This document shows, piece by piece, positions 29,215-38,925 of a stretch of 64,000 nucleotides of DNA. A program made the position numbers and the translations under genes. Within the stretch, counting starts at the first letter, position 1. Each line of letters starts with the position of its first letter. Under the pieces are notes generated by a model. The model made no database searches, was not told the origin of the DNA, and saw only the letters and a program-made list of their open reading frames with translations. This stretch comes from Trueperaceae bacterium (GTDB lineage: Bacteria; Deinococcota; Deinococci; Deinococcales; Trueperaceae), in contig OZ243956.1 of the NCBI GenBank assembly GCA_965214405.1, forward strand, positions 1,344,001 through 1,408,000. Direction: 5' to 3'.

Positions 29215-29604
29215 GGGCACCGCGAGGGACGCCAACACGCGCAAGAAAAGAGGTGCAGGGGATGAAAGATGCAGAAGGTTTTATCATTATCGAACGGCTC
29301 GAGGACATCTCGCAGACCATGAGCGAGGTGGAGGAGGCCGAGTTCTGGTCTACTCACACGCTTAGTGACGCGCTACTGGAGGAGATGCAACCTGTTAGAT
29401 GCAACCTGTTCCACTCGAGGGAAACGGTAAGCTGCCCCCGGCCAGAGCGACTCGAGGCGCATCTCGCTGATGCTCGAGCAAGACACCATTTTGCGGCTCA
29501 AGAAGCTCGCCCGAAAAGAGGGGATGGGCTATCAGACGCTGCTCAAGTTGTTCGTGGGTGAGCGGCTGTATGAAGAGGAGAAGCGTGAGGGAATATTCGG
29601 TTAA
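29215..29604 (+). pseudogene. Decayed BrnT/BrnA(CopG)-type TA module: toxin C-terminal remnant plus frameshifted antitoxin
   Basis: TARDANTRKKR remnant before ATG 29262. EEAEFWSTH N-terminus and RISLMLE...GMGYQTLLK...ERLYEEEKREG C-terminus lie in different frames. 14-bp tandem duplication at 29383-29410. Confidence 0.75.
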
Positions 29605-29652
29605 CTCTTGGTGTGCTTCCCCACCTCCTCATGATTTGAAGAACGGTATGCA

Positions 29653-30114
29653 ATGAGCAGTTGGCCGACCAACTATAAAGACCGTCTAACAGGCGCACAT
29701 TGCGAGTTATGTGCTGAAGGGCGTCCAGAGGAAACGAAAAGTAGAATTCGGTTCTTCTCTGCTAAGCTTTGTGACGCCTACTTGCACTTTCGCGGCGTGC
29801 AGCGTGGTTACGCAACGGTTATTTGGCGCGGAGGGCACAGGGTAGAGCCTACCGACCTTACCCAAGTAGAAGCCACCAACTTCTGGCTTGACGTGCTGCG
29901 TGTGGGCTGGGCTATGCAAACGCACTACCAACCTTTGAAAATGAACTACCAGCTACTGGGCAACGGTCAGCCCCATTTGCACTGGTTGGTAGCGCCGCGT
30001 TTTGTTGACGATGTTGCGCCCGGCGTTCCTTTACCAGCGTCAGGGTACGCAACATTTCCAGAAGACGAAGTACGACAAGACGCGCTCGCAATGCGAAGGC
30101 TTCTTAAACATTAA
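29653..30114 (+). CDS. HIT family protein
   Basis: CELC, KMNYQLLGNGQPHLHW. Confidence 0.88.
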   Translation: MSSWPTNYKDRLTGAHCELCAEGRPEETKSRIRFFSAKLCDAYLHFRGVQRGYATVIWRGGHRVEPTDLTQVEATNFWLDVLRVGWAMQTHYQPLKMNYQLLGNGQPHLHWLVAPRFVDDVAPGVPLPASGYATFPEDEVRQDALAMRRLLKH

Positions 30115-30169
30115 ATGACAACATTAAGACCACCACGCACTTAGCACCCAGCGGCTATACTCGAGCCTT

Positions 30170-31165
30170 ATGAACCACCCTCCTAAAACGCGCGCTCTCA
30201 CCGGCATCCAGCCTTCGGGCGAGCTGCACATCGGTAACTACTTAGGCGCGGTGCGCAACTGGGTCCGCATGACCCATACGCACGACATGTTTACTTGCGT
30301 CGTGGACTACCACGCGCTGACCAGCCCCGTGGACCCTGCCACGCTGGCCGAAAAAACGCACAAGATGGCGGTCGCCATCCTCGCGGCAGGGCTCGAGCCC
30401 GAACGGGCCACGCTCTTTGTACAGTCACAGGTGCCCGAGGTGGCCGAACTCACCTGGATTTACCTCACGCTGACGCCGCTGGGCGAACTCGAGCGCATGA
30501 CGCAGTTCAAGGACAAAGCCGCGCGGCAAGCGTCCATCCTCACGGGGCTGCTCACCTACCCCGTGTTGCAGGCCGCCGACATCCTCATCTACAAGGCCGA
30601 GGCGGTGCCCGTCGGTGAGGACCAGGTTCAGCACGTCGAACTCACCAGGGAAGTGGCGCGCAAGTTCAACTTAGCATTCGGCGACACCTTCCCCGAGCCC
30701 AAGGCGGTGGTGCCCGATTTGGGCGGGCGCATCAAGGGCCTCGACGGGCGGGCCAAGATGTCGAAAAGTTTGGGCAACACCATCGAGCTTTTAGAACCTC
30801 CCGCCGAGGCCTGGGACAAGCTGCGCACCGCCGTGACCGACAAGGCCAGACTGCGCCGGAGCGACCCCGGCGACCCGCAGGTGTGTAACATCTATCATCT
30901 GCACCGGAATTTTTCGTCACAACCTATGGTTGAGATGGTGGAAAAGGAGTGCTCGAGCGCAGGCATCGGCTGCACGGACTGCAAAAGTTTCTTGTTTGGG
31001 AGTATGCAGAGGCACTTCGAGCCCATCCGCGAGCGCGCCGCCGAGTATGAAAGTAAACCGGCGCAGGTGCGCGAGATTCTGGCGGAGGGCGCGGCGAGGG
31101 CGCGGGGCGTCGCCAAGGAGACGATGGCCGAGGTATACGACAAAATCGGGTTTTACCGGGGTTAG
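30170..31165 (+). CDS. trpS: Tryptophan--tRNA ligase
   Basis: TGIQPSGELHIGN, YPVLQAADIL, VPVGEDQ, KMSKS. Confidence 0.98.
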   Translation: MNHPPKTRALTGIQPSGELHIGNYLGAVRNWVRMTHTHDMFTCVVDYHALTSPVDPATLAEKTHKMAVAILAAGLEPERATLFVQSQVPEVAELTWIYLTLTPLGELERMTQFKDKAARQASILTGLLTYPVLQAADILIYKAEAVPVGEDQVQHVELTREVARKFNLAFGDTFPEPKAVVPDLGGRIKGLDGRAKMSKSLGNTIELLEPPAEAWDKLRTAVTDKARLRRSDPGDPQVCNIYHLHRNFSSQPMVEMVEKECSSAGIGCTDCKSFLFGSMQRHFEPIRERAAEYESKPAQVREILAEGAARARGVAKETMAEVYDKIGFYRG

Positions 31166-31188
31166 ACGTTACTTTAGTCCCAAATTCA

Positions 31189-32100
31189 CTGAGGCTCCTT
31201 TTTCTCTTTCTCGACGGCGTCGGCTTGGGAGAGGGCGACGCGGACGCGAATCCTTTTGCGGCGGCGCGAACGCCTTTTCTGGGCCAGCTTCTGGGAGGTG
31301 CATTAACGGCAGAGCGCCTTCCCATCGCCACCTCTTCGGAAGTTTTCAGGCCCATCGACGCGCGTCTGGATTTTCCCGGTTTGCCCCAGTCGGCCACCGG
31401 ACAAACGGCGCTCTTAACGGGAAAAAACGGAGCGACGGTGATGGACGGTCACTACGGCCCCTACCCCGGCCCGACGCTCAAAAAGGTGTTGGACGAGGGC
31501 ACGCTCTTTTCGGAAGTCGTGACCGCAGGCGGACGCTCGAGGCTGGCGAACGCGTTTCCGCCGGGTTACTTTGCCGCCGTGGAAAGGGGCAAGCGCCGCG
31601 TCAACGTGCCCGTCTACGCGGCCCAGGCTGCCGGGCTGCCGCTGCTGACCCTCGAGGACTACGCCGCGGGGCGCGCGCTGAGCGCGGACTTGAGCGGCGC
31701 GTACGTGCATGACCTAAATCCCAATCTTCCCCTCTACAGCTTTGAGGAGGCGGGCTCACGATTAGCGCGTATTGCAGAGGACGCCGAGCTGACTTTTTTT
31801 GACTTCTGGCTTTCAGACAGCGCCGGACATCGCTGGTCTTTTGAGGCGTCGGTGGAACTTGTTGAGCAGTTAGACGCCTTTTTGTCGGGCCTCATCCCCA
31901 CGCTCGGCGACACCACCTTGCTCCTCACTTCCGACCACGGCAACTTGGAGGACAAACGCACGAAGAGCCACACCAAAAATCCGGTGCCGCTCCTCGCGCT
32001 GGGTCTCGCCGCACCTGCCTTTGCAGACGTGCAGGATGTGTTGGGCGTGGCCCCCGCTGTTCGCAAAGTGTTGGGCCTCGAGCCTAGCCCCCCAAAATAA
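31189..32100 (+). CDS. Metalloenzyme, alkaline phosphatase / iPGM superfamily
   Basis: LFLFLDGVG upstream of the track start; PQSATGQT, DSAGH, TSDHGN, HTKNPVP. Probable CTG start. Confidence 0.85.
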   Translation: MRLLFLFLDGVGLGEGDADANPFAAARTPFLGQLLGGALTAERLPIATSSEVFRPIDARLDFPGLPQSATGQTALLTGKNGATVMDGHYGPYPGPTLKKVLDEGTLFSEVVTAGGRSRLANAFPPGYFAAVERGKRRVNVPVYAAQAAGLPLLTLEDYAAGRALSADLSGAYVHDLNPNLPLYSFEEAGSRLARIAEDAELTFFDFWLSDSAGHRWSFEASVELVEQLDAFLSGLIPTLGDTTLLLTSDHGNLEDKRTKSHTKNPVPLLALGLAAPAFADVQDVLGVAPAVRKVLGLEPSPPK

Positions 32101-33232
32101 TTCCCGCCGCCTCGTACCACGCGCCAAGCACGAGCAGCACGAGCGCGACGGGTAACATCAGCAGGAGCGCCCGGAAGCCTTCGCGGTAGCCGCTAAAGCC
32201 CTTGCGAATGAGCGTCACCAAAAAGATGCCGCCGCCCGCCGTGACAAGTATGTAAGCCATGAGTTCGATTAAGAGCAGTCCGAGGATAAAAAGGAGCGCG
32301 AGCGGCCCCGCGCCGCCCACGAGGCCGAAGGGGACCCCCACCGCAAAAAAGCGCGCGCCGTTCAGGAAGTACGCGGGGATGCCGAAGAGGAACGCGCTCC
32401 CGAACGAGGTGATGAACGCGCCGAAAAAGAAGTTTTGGTAGAACGTCACCGCCGCCGCTCGAGCCACGTCGCCGCTGCCGTAGGCCTGGGTCGCGCCTAA
32501 ACCCTCGAGGCTCGCCTCCACAAGTCCCAAGATCGCTCTGTCACACGAGGCGGGCAGGTTGGTTCCCAAAAGCACGCCCAGCGCGAACAAGCCGTAGAGC
32601 CCGACAACGGTGCCGATGACCAAGCGCCGGTGCGCCCGCAGCACCCCCCAGCCCTCCTCGAGCCAGCGCCGCATAAACGTGGGCCGCACGAGCGCGTAGA
32701 GCAGTGCGAGCGAGAGAAGCGCGAAAATCCAGCCCGCCGTGCGCGTTTGTAGCGCGTCCGGAATACTCACCGTGGCCGCCGCCGTCCGGAAGCCCACCCC
32801 CTCGGCTCTCCACACGTCGCCCTGCTTTTGCAGCGTGACCTCGACGACCGAAAGCTGGTCGTTGGGGAGCGAGGCGGGGTAGGAGTAGCGGCGGGTGTTC
32901 GGGTCGGCCTCCTCCAACTCGCGGCGGTCGGCCAAATTAACCGATGTCCCCGCCGCCGGGGGCGGGTTCTGGAGAAGGACGGGAAGCTGCGTGCAAAGCT
33001 CGTCGGGCGAGAGTTGCGCGAGCGACAAAAGTTCGGGTGAGGGAGTCTCGAGCCACGCCTGAACCGCCTCGTCAGCCACGGCCTCGGGATTCGCGCCACT
33101 CACAGGCGTGACAGGACTAACGGGAGGACTCTCTTGCGCAAAAACGGGTGACAGAGAAAAAAGAGAAAGAAGCAAGACCAAAAACAGGGGGCGCGTCACC
33201 CAAAGGGTTGTAAAGATGCTGAGCCGGTTCAA
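32084..33232 (-). CDS. Membrane protein with a SpoIIM-like C-terminal domain
   Basis: Signal peptide, soluble domain, then TM domain with FYQN, LNG, IEL, GAWYE. Confidence 0.7.
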   Translation of the reverse strand: MNRLSIFTTLWVTRPLFLVLLLSLFSLSPVFAQESPPVSPVTPVSGANPEAVADEAVQAWLETPSPELLSLAQLSPDELCTQLPVLLQNPPPAAGTSVNLADRRELEEADPNTRRYSYPASLPNDQLSVVEVTLQKQGDVWRAEGVGFRTAAATVSIPDALQTRTAGWIFALLSLALLYALVRPTFMRRWLEEGWGVLRAHRRLVIGTVVGLYGLFALGVLLGTNLPASCDRAILGLVEASLEGLGATQAYGSGDVARAAAVTFYQNFFFGAFITSFGSAFLFGIPAYFLNGARFFAVGVPFGLVGGAGPLALLFILGLLLIELMAYILVTAGGGIFLVTLIRKGFSGYREGFRALLLMLPVALVLLVLGAWYEAAGIILGG

Positions 33233-33253
33233 CGTAGGAATCTCCTAAATTAC

Positions 33254-33305
33254 GTGCTAGACAGTGGTACTAGACAGTGGTGCTAGACGGTGATGCCAGA
33301 AAGTG
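33254..33305. repeat. 4 x 13-bp tandem repeat
   Basis: GTGCTAGACAGTG / GTACTAGACAGTG / GTGCTAGACGGTG / ATGCCAGAAAGTG. Confidence 0.85.
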
Positions 33306-33347
33306 ACACGTTAACTGATTACCCGAACCAGGGTGCTGCGCTATCTA

Positions 33348-33893
33348 CTATACGTCCTCCAGAGGTAACCCTCGCGCGCACAGGGGGCAGGCGTCGGGGG
33401 GGTAGGTGGGAAACTCGAGCCGGGTGAGCGTGCGCAAATCTGTAAAGCGCGACAAGCCGCGGTCCACGATGCCGCCCCGCCCGACGCAGACGCCGCCCTC
33501 GCGTTCGGCGGCGTGGATGGCTTTCTGGAGGCTGCCGCCCGTCGTCACCACGTCCTCGACCGCGATAAAGCGCTCTCCCGGCGTGATGCGAAAGGCTTCG
33601 CGGAGGGTCATCCCGCCTCCCTCGCCGCCTTTTTCGGCGAAGAGCGCGCGCACATGTAGGGCTCGAGCCACGAGAAACGCGAGCACCACCCCGCCCATCG
33701 CCGGGCCGATCGTAAAGTCCGCTTCGGTGTCCATAAAAAGCTCGGCCAGCGCGTTGCCGACGCGCTCGGCGTGGTCGGGATACTGGAGCAGCGTCGTCGA
33801 CTGAAGAAACACGGGCGAGTGACGCCCTGACGCGAGGAGCAGGTGACCCTCCAAATACGCCCCCGTTTTCCTGTAAAGGTGCAAGACATCCAC
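33348..33893 (-). CDS. pyrE: Orotate phosphoribosyltransferase
   Basis: GHLLLASGRHS, GPAMGG, AVEDVVTTGGS. True start is GTG 33893 after TATGCT. Confidence 0.95.
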   Translation of the reverse strand: MDVLHLYRKTGAYLEGHLLLASGRHSPVFLQSTTLLQYPDHAERVGNALAELFMDTEADFTIGPAMGGVVLAFLVARALHVRALFAEKGGEGGGMTLREAFRITPGERFIAVEDVVTTGGSLQKAIHAAEREGGVCVGRGGIVDRGLSRFTDLRTLTRLEFPTYPPDACPLCARGLPLEDV

Positions 33894-34104
33894 CCCCGCA
33901 GCATACCGTAGGCGCTCGCCTCGGATGGGTGCGGTTTCGCACGGGAAGACTTGATGGGGAGGTAGGACGTGGGGAGGTGGGGAGCACGAGCTTTTGGGCT
34001 TCTCCCCTCCCCTCCATCTCCTCGTCTCCCCACCTCCTGTGACCTTCCCCACTCCCTTTGCGTCCTTCACGCGCCCGCGCGCGGCCCCGTGATATCGTGC
34101 TCTC

Positions 34105-35880
34105 ATGGACCTCCCGATGAGCGCCGCCGCGCGCGACCTGCTGGGGCGCGAACGCGCGGCGATCGCCGACCTCCGCGCCCTGTTGGGCCGCCTCGACGCC
34201 GCCGAGCACGATGTGGTCGAACTCAAAACGGCCCTGGACGATTTAGAGGGCCTGTTTATGCTCGTCGTCTGCGGCGAGTACAACGCGGGCAAATCGAGCC
34301 TCCTAAACGCGCTTTTGGGTGAGCGCGTGATGTTGGAGGGCGTGACCCCCACGACCGACCGCATCACCATCGTGTCGTACGGGGGGGTGGAGCGGACGCT
34401 CGAGGAGGGACCCTTCACCCTGCGCCGCGAGTATCCCGCCCCCATCCTGCGCGATTTGGCGCTTGTGGACACCCCCGGCACCAACGCGGTCATCAAGAAG
34501 CACCAGGAACTCACCGAGAGCTTCGTCCCGCGCGCCGACCTGGTGCTCTTTGTCACCTCCGCCGACCGGCCCTTTACCGAGTCCGAGCGCGGCTTTTTGG
34601 AACTTATCGCCTCGTGGGGCAAAAAAATCGTGCTGGTCGTGAACAAAATGGACATTCTGGAAGAAGAAAGCGAACGCGCCAAGGTGCTCGCGTTCGTCCG
34701 CGACCACGCGCGCGAGGCGCTAGGGGTGACGCCCGAGGTGTTCGGCGTGGAGGCCAAGCGCGCGTTTCGGGCGCGGAGCGCGGGCGAAAGCGTGGAGGAC
34801 ACGGGGCTGGGGGCGCTCGAGCGTTTTATCGAACGTAACCTGGCCGTCGGCGAACGCCTCCGCCTCAAGCTGCAAAACCCGCTGGGCGTGGCCGCGCGCA
34901 TTACGGGTCTCTATCGGGGCGTGGTCAAAGAGCGGTTGGGGCTGTTAGAAGACGACCGCCGCACCTTAGACGAGGTTGACCGCCAGCTCACCCAGTTCGA
35001 GCGCGACATGCGCCGCGAGTTTGAGAGTTATCTGACGCGCATCAAGACGGTGCTGCTAGAGGTTGAGCGCCGCGGTGAAGTCTTTTTCGACGACACCATC
35101 AAGCTCAGCCGCGTCTTCGACCTCATCAACAACGAAAGGATGCGCGACGCGTTTCAGGCGAGGGTCGTCCGCGACGCGGAAACCGACATCGACCGCGCCG
35201 TGGCCGAGATGGTCGACTGGTTTATCCACCGCAACTTGCAACTCTGGGAAGACGTGATGACCTTCGTGGGCGGGCGGCGCAAAGCCTCCGAAGCGCGGGT
35301 TATCGGTGAGGTGGGCGGGCGGTTTCAGTACGACCGCGACCTGCTCATCCGCAACCTCAGCGAAAGCGCCGACGAGGTCCTATCGACCTTTGATGAACGT
35401 GAGGAGTCGCAGCGTTTAGCCGAGGGCTTGCAGGGCGCGGTGGTGCAGAGCGGGCTCATCAGCATCGGCGGCGTGGGGCTGGGCGCGGCGCTCGTGGCGG
35501 TGTTGCACACCCTGGCGCTCGACGTGACGGGCGTGGTCGCAGGCCTCACCATCGCCGGGCTGGGCCTGCTGGTCCTCCCCCGCCGCCGCCAAATCGCCAA
35601 GCGCGACCTTCACAACAAGATGCAAAGCCTGCGCGACGGCCTCTCGACAAGCATCGGCGGGCAGTTCGAGAGCGAACTCGCGCGCGCGACCGAAAAGCTC
35701 AAGGCCGCGATTGCCCCCTACACCCGCTTTGTCAAGAGCGAGTTGGAGCGCTTAGAGAACCTGCAAACCGACCTCAATACGAGCGACGCCGAGGTGCAGC
35801 GGCTGCGGCGCGAGGTGGCGGATTTGAAATTGAGGAGTTTGAAGGTGGAGGCTCGAGGGGAGCGGGAAAAGGCGTCGTAA
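34105..35880 (+). CDS. Bacterial dynamin-like protein
   Basis: GEYNAGKS, PTT, DTPG, NKMD; helical stalk; hydrophobic paddle. Confidence 0.9.
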   Translation: MDLPMSAAARDLLGRERAAIADLRALLGRLDAAEHDVVELKTALDDLEGLFMLVVCGEYNAGKSSLLNALLGERVMLEGVTPTTDRITIVSYGGVERTLEEGPFTLRREYPAPILRDLALVDTPGTNAVIKKHQELTESFVPRADLVLFVTSADRPFTESERGFLELIASWGKKIVLVVNKMDILEEESERAKVLAFVRDHAREALGVTPEVFGVEAKRAFRARSAGESVEDTGLGALERFIERNLAVGERLRLKLQNPLGVAARITGLYRGVVKERLGLLEDDRRTLDEVDRQLTQFERDMRREFESYLTRIKTVLLEVERRGEVFFDDTIKLSRVFDLINNERMRDAFQARVVRDAETDIDRAVAEMVDWFIHRNLQLWEDVMTFVGGRRKASEARVIGEVGGRFQYDRDLLIRNLSESADEVLSTFDEREESQRLAEGLQGAVVQSGLISIGGVGLGAALVAVLHTLALDVTGVVAGLTIAGLGLLVLPRRRQIAKRDLHNKMQSLRDGLSTSIGGQFESELARATEKLKAAIAPYTRFVKSELERLENLQTDLNTSDAEVQRLRREVADLKLRSLKVEARGEREKAS

Positions 35881-35927
35881 CCAAAGGATTTTTGTTAACC
35901 GCCGTGAAGGGTAAAAAGTTTAACGTG

Positions 35928-37001
35928 TCATCCGTACTGCTGAGCAGCTTTTTTCAATTGTTCTGCATATTTGTAGATGTCGTCCAGCTTCCCAAGCACC
36001 TGCTTTGATTCCACTTTGCCCTCGTCAAACAGGCCGATATATTTTTGGCTATGGTTAAAGCGCAAGCGACAGATGGGCCGACGGTTGTTGTCGTCAAGTA
36101 AAATCCCCATGTAAGATTTGGTATCTCTGTGGACAACCCTTTCGGGCGCGACAACCTGACGCACGATGGCTTTGACGATGTGATAGCCCTCGAGTTCCTC
36201 CTCGGTCGTTTCAACACCATCTTCTTCGGCTTCTTGTACTTCGACCTCCGTCTCTACGTCTTCAAGCGGGCCTACGGAGACCGCCTCTTGTTCTAAAGCG
36301 TTGCGTAACCGACTGCTTACGCGCTCCCTCACGAACTGCTGAAAGGCTTTCTTGACGAACTCTGTGAACTGCTCACGTGCTGAGGTCGTAAAGCGGCCAT
36401 GCGGGTTTATCTGTGCGTAGAAAAAGCGGACGAAGTCGTGACTGGGATTTTCTATTTGCTCGCCCAAAATCCTGTGAATCTCGCGGAGGTACTTTAGCTC
36501 GTTGGCTGTGCTGAGCATTCTATCCAAGTCAAAACTCTCTTTACTCAGCTTGCGAACTTCGGTAACCAAATCCTCCCGAACGTCCAAAAGATTAAGCTCG
36601 AGAAAGGGCCGCGCGTCCATACGGTTGGGCTCTTCAAGGTCAGAATATAGCCGGTACTGAACCCCATTCGTTAAGATGGCGATGCGCGCGTTGGTGACGT
36701 TGAAGTAGCGGTAAAGCTGGCTCATGTTGGCGTCACTAAGGTTCGTTCCCGCCGTTTTACATTCGACCAACATAATGATTTCGCCGTTCTGCTTGATGGC
36801 GTAGTCTACTTTTTCGCCCTTTTTTATGCCCACATCGGCCACAAACTCGGGTACAACCTCTCGAGGATTAAACACGTCGTAACCAAGCGCAGAAATAAAA
36901 GGCATGACGAGCGCGTTTTTTGTGGCCTCTTCGGTTGCGAGGTGTTCGATTAGGCTTGGGATACGTTGAGAAAGTCCCGCAAGCGTTTCAGCAAAGTTCA
37001 T
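35928..37001 (-). CDS. Stand-alone HsdR N-terminal-like PD-(D/E)xK endonuclease protein
   Basis: TEEATKNALVMPF...PE...KVDYAI...VECK...QLYRYF...LTNG; GGAGG RBS; lower GC. Confidence 0.88.
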   Translation of the reverse strand: MNFAETLAGLSQRIPSLIEHLATEEATKNALVMPFISALGYDVFNPREVVPEFVADVGIKKGEKVDYAIKQNGEIIMLVECKTAGTNLSDANMSQLYRYFNVTNARIAILTNGVQYRLYSDLEEPNRMDARPFLELNLLDVREDLVTEVRKLSKESFDLDRMLSTANELKYLREIHRILGEQIENPSHDFVRFFYAQINPHGRFTTSAREQFTEFVKKAFQQFVRERVSSRLRNALEQEAVSVGPLEDVETEVEVQEAEEDGVETTEEELEGYHIVKAIVRQVVAPERVVHRDTKSYMGILLDDNNRRPICRLRFNHSQKYIGLFDEGKVESKQVLGKLDDIYKYAEQLKKAAQQYG

Positions 37002-37118
37002 CTCGTTCCTCCAAGACAAAGTTCAAGATTAGAAGGATTATAAACTACTGTGAGAATTTCGTTGCGCATAATTCCCTAAGTGCATTTTTTGACGCAAACG
37101 GTGTTACACTCCCCCCTT

Positions 37119-37958
37119 ATGAACCCCCACCCTCGAGTCGCATATCAGGGCGTCGCGGGCGCCTTTTCCGAACAGGCCAGCCTTCAATACTTGCCCCAGG
37201 CGGAAGCCGTGGGCTACCACTCTTTCGCCGACGCGTTTGAGGCCACGCTAAAGGGCGAGTGCGCTTACGCCTGTTTGCCCGTCGAAAACTCCTTAGCGGG
37301 CTCCATCAACCAAACGTACGATCTGTTAACCGATTCGGTGCTGCACGTGGTCGGCGAGCAGATCGTGCGGGTGCATCACAACTTGATGGCACGGCCCGGC
37401 GTGACGTTTGAGAGTGTCCGGCGCGTGTACAGCCATCCGCAGGCGCTGGCGCAGTGTCAGGGTTTCTTGACGCGGCACAAGCTCGAGGCCGTGACCGACT
37501 TCGACACGGCGGGGGCCGCCAAACTCTTGGCCGAAAACGGCGGCGAGGAGAGCGGCGCGATCGCCTCGAGGCGGGCGGCGGAGGTGTACGGCCTCACCAT
37601 TTTGGCCCAAAACATCGAAGACATGGACTTTAACTACACGCGCTTTTTCGTCCTGGGTCCCGACGAAGCGCCTCGCATGAGCGCGCGCAACAAGTCAAGC
37701 TTAGTCTTAGCGACCCGGCACCGTCCGGGGGATTTGGTGGCGTGTTTGGAAGAGTTCCCCAAGTACGGCATCAATATGACCAAGCTCGAGTCCCGGCCCA
37801 GGCGCGACAAGCCCTGGAGCTACCTCTTTTATCTCGACATCGAAGGCCACATCGAGGACGAGGCGGTGCAGCGGGCGATGACCGGGCTCATGCGTAAGGC
37901 CGCATTCGTCAAGTTTTTGGGGTCGTATCCGGCGGCGCCTACGGAAGAGCAGGTCTAG
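37119..37958 (+). CDS. pheA: Prephenate dehydratase
   Basis: YQGVAGAFS, PVENS, SHPQALAQC, TRF, ESRP. Confidence 0.96.
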   Translation: MNPHPRVAYQGVAGAFSEQASLQYLPQAEAVGYHSFADAFEATLKGECAYACLPVENSLAGSINQTYDLLTDSVLHVVGEQIVRVHHNLMARPGVTFESVRRVYSHPQALAQCQGFLTRHKLEAVTDFDTAGAAKLLAENGGEESGAIASRRAAEVYGLTILAQNIEDMDFNYTRFFVLGPDEAPRMSARNKSSLVLATRHRPGDLVACLEEFPKYGINMTKLESRPRRDKPWSYLFYLDIEGHIEDEAVQRAMTGLMRKAAFVKFLGSYPAAPTEEQV

Positions 37959-38233
37959 GGGGGAGGCTCGAGCTGTTTATGAAAAGTTTTATGAGAAGCG
38001 GGTCAGGCCAAAAAAGCTCTCCCCCACCATAAAAGTCTGGGCGACTGGCGGGGGAGTGGGGGACGCCGGGAGGATAATCCGGCGTTTTAGCACGTGGGGG
38101 TTTTTGCGTAATACATCATCGCGTGCCAGAACTCATTATGGCAAAAGTATGTGAAAAATGAAAGGCTCCCGAGCTCACATTCGGGCCATCATGAAGAAAA
38201 CATGAAACGCTTGCCCACAGGGTAAACTTCTTT

Positions 38234-38470
38234 ATGGAGACCGATTTTGCGGATGCTGATTTTGTGGAGTTAGAAAAAACGCTCTCGCTCAATGACGCGC
38301 TCAAGCTCTCCGGTTTGGCCGAAACGGGCGGGCAGGCCAAGCTGCTCATCCAGAGCGGGCAGGTCAAGGTCAACGGCGAGGTCGAAACGCGGCGCAAGCG
38401 CAAAATAAGGGCGGGCGACGTGATTGAGGTGGACGGGGAGGAGTTTGAGGTGGGGCTCGAGGAGGAATAA
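38234..38470 (+). CDS. S4-domain RNA-binding protein (YaaA/YbcJ-like)
   Basis: LKLSGLAETGGQAK...VKVNGEVETRRKRK. Confidence 0.92.
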   Translation: METDFADADFVELEKTLSLNDALKLSGLAETGGQAKLLIQSGQVKVNGEVETRRKRKIRAGDVIEVDGEEFEVGLEEE

Positions 38471-38489
38471 AGATGGGTTTTCGTTTTTC

Positions 38490-38902
38490 ATAAGCGTAGC
38501 CAAAGTTGTGACCAAAGTCAGACTGGGTGAAGAACCCAAAGACGCTGTTTATTGGCGCTCGAGACCTTATGAGGAACGCCTAGCTGCCCTGGAGGAATTA
38601 CGCCGAACTTATCACCAGTGGAAGTACGATGCTGAACCCCGACTTCAAAGAGTTTATTCAATTACTAAACGACCATGACGTTCGTTACCTCGTTGTAGGA
38701 GGTTACGCAGTTGCGCTTCACGGGCATCCTCGCTACACCAAAGACTTGGACTGAGATGGACATTTGGCTATGGCTCGAGGCGTCGAACGCGGCCAAGGTC
38801 ATCAGTATGTTGGATTTTGGATTCGCGTCTTTGGGTCTGAGCGAAGCCATTTTTCTCGAGCCGCAACAAGTTATTCAGCTAAGCTATCCGCTAAAATGTT
38901 GA
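38490..38902 (+). pseudogene. Decayed gene pair: small ORF plus nucleotidyltransferase (putative TA-like)
   Basis: Small ORF 38490-38678 starts with ATA. The NTase from ATG 38629 (MLNPDFKEF...GGYAVALHGHPRYTKDLD*) is broken by a 10-bp insertion and truncated at 38902. Confidence 0.75.
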
Positions 38903-38925
38903 AGCACTCAACTGAAGCACCAAAG

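Noticed and set aside
29200..29260. attC after the DUF6886-like gene
   Set aside because: No proper RYYYAAC/GTTRRRY pair; better explained as a BrnT tail.
33254..33305. CRISPR array
   Set aside because: Units are 13 bp with no spacers, and no cas genes are in the window.
33894..34901. Long N-terminal extension of pyrE (517-aa ORF)
   Set aside because: Antisense shadow of the dynamin gene; PyrE homology begins at 33893.
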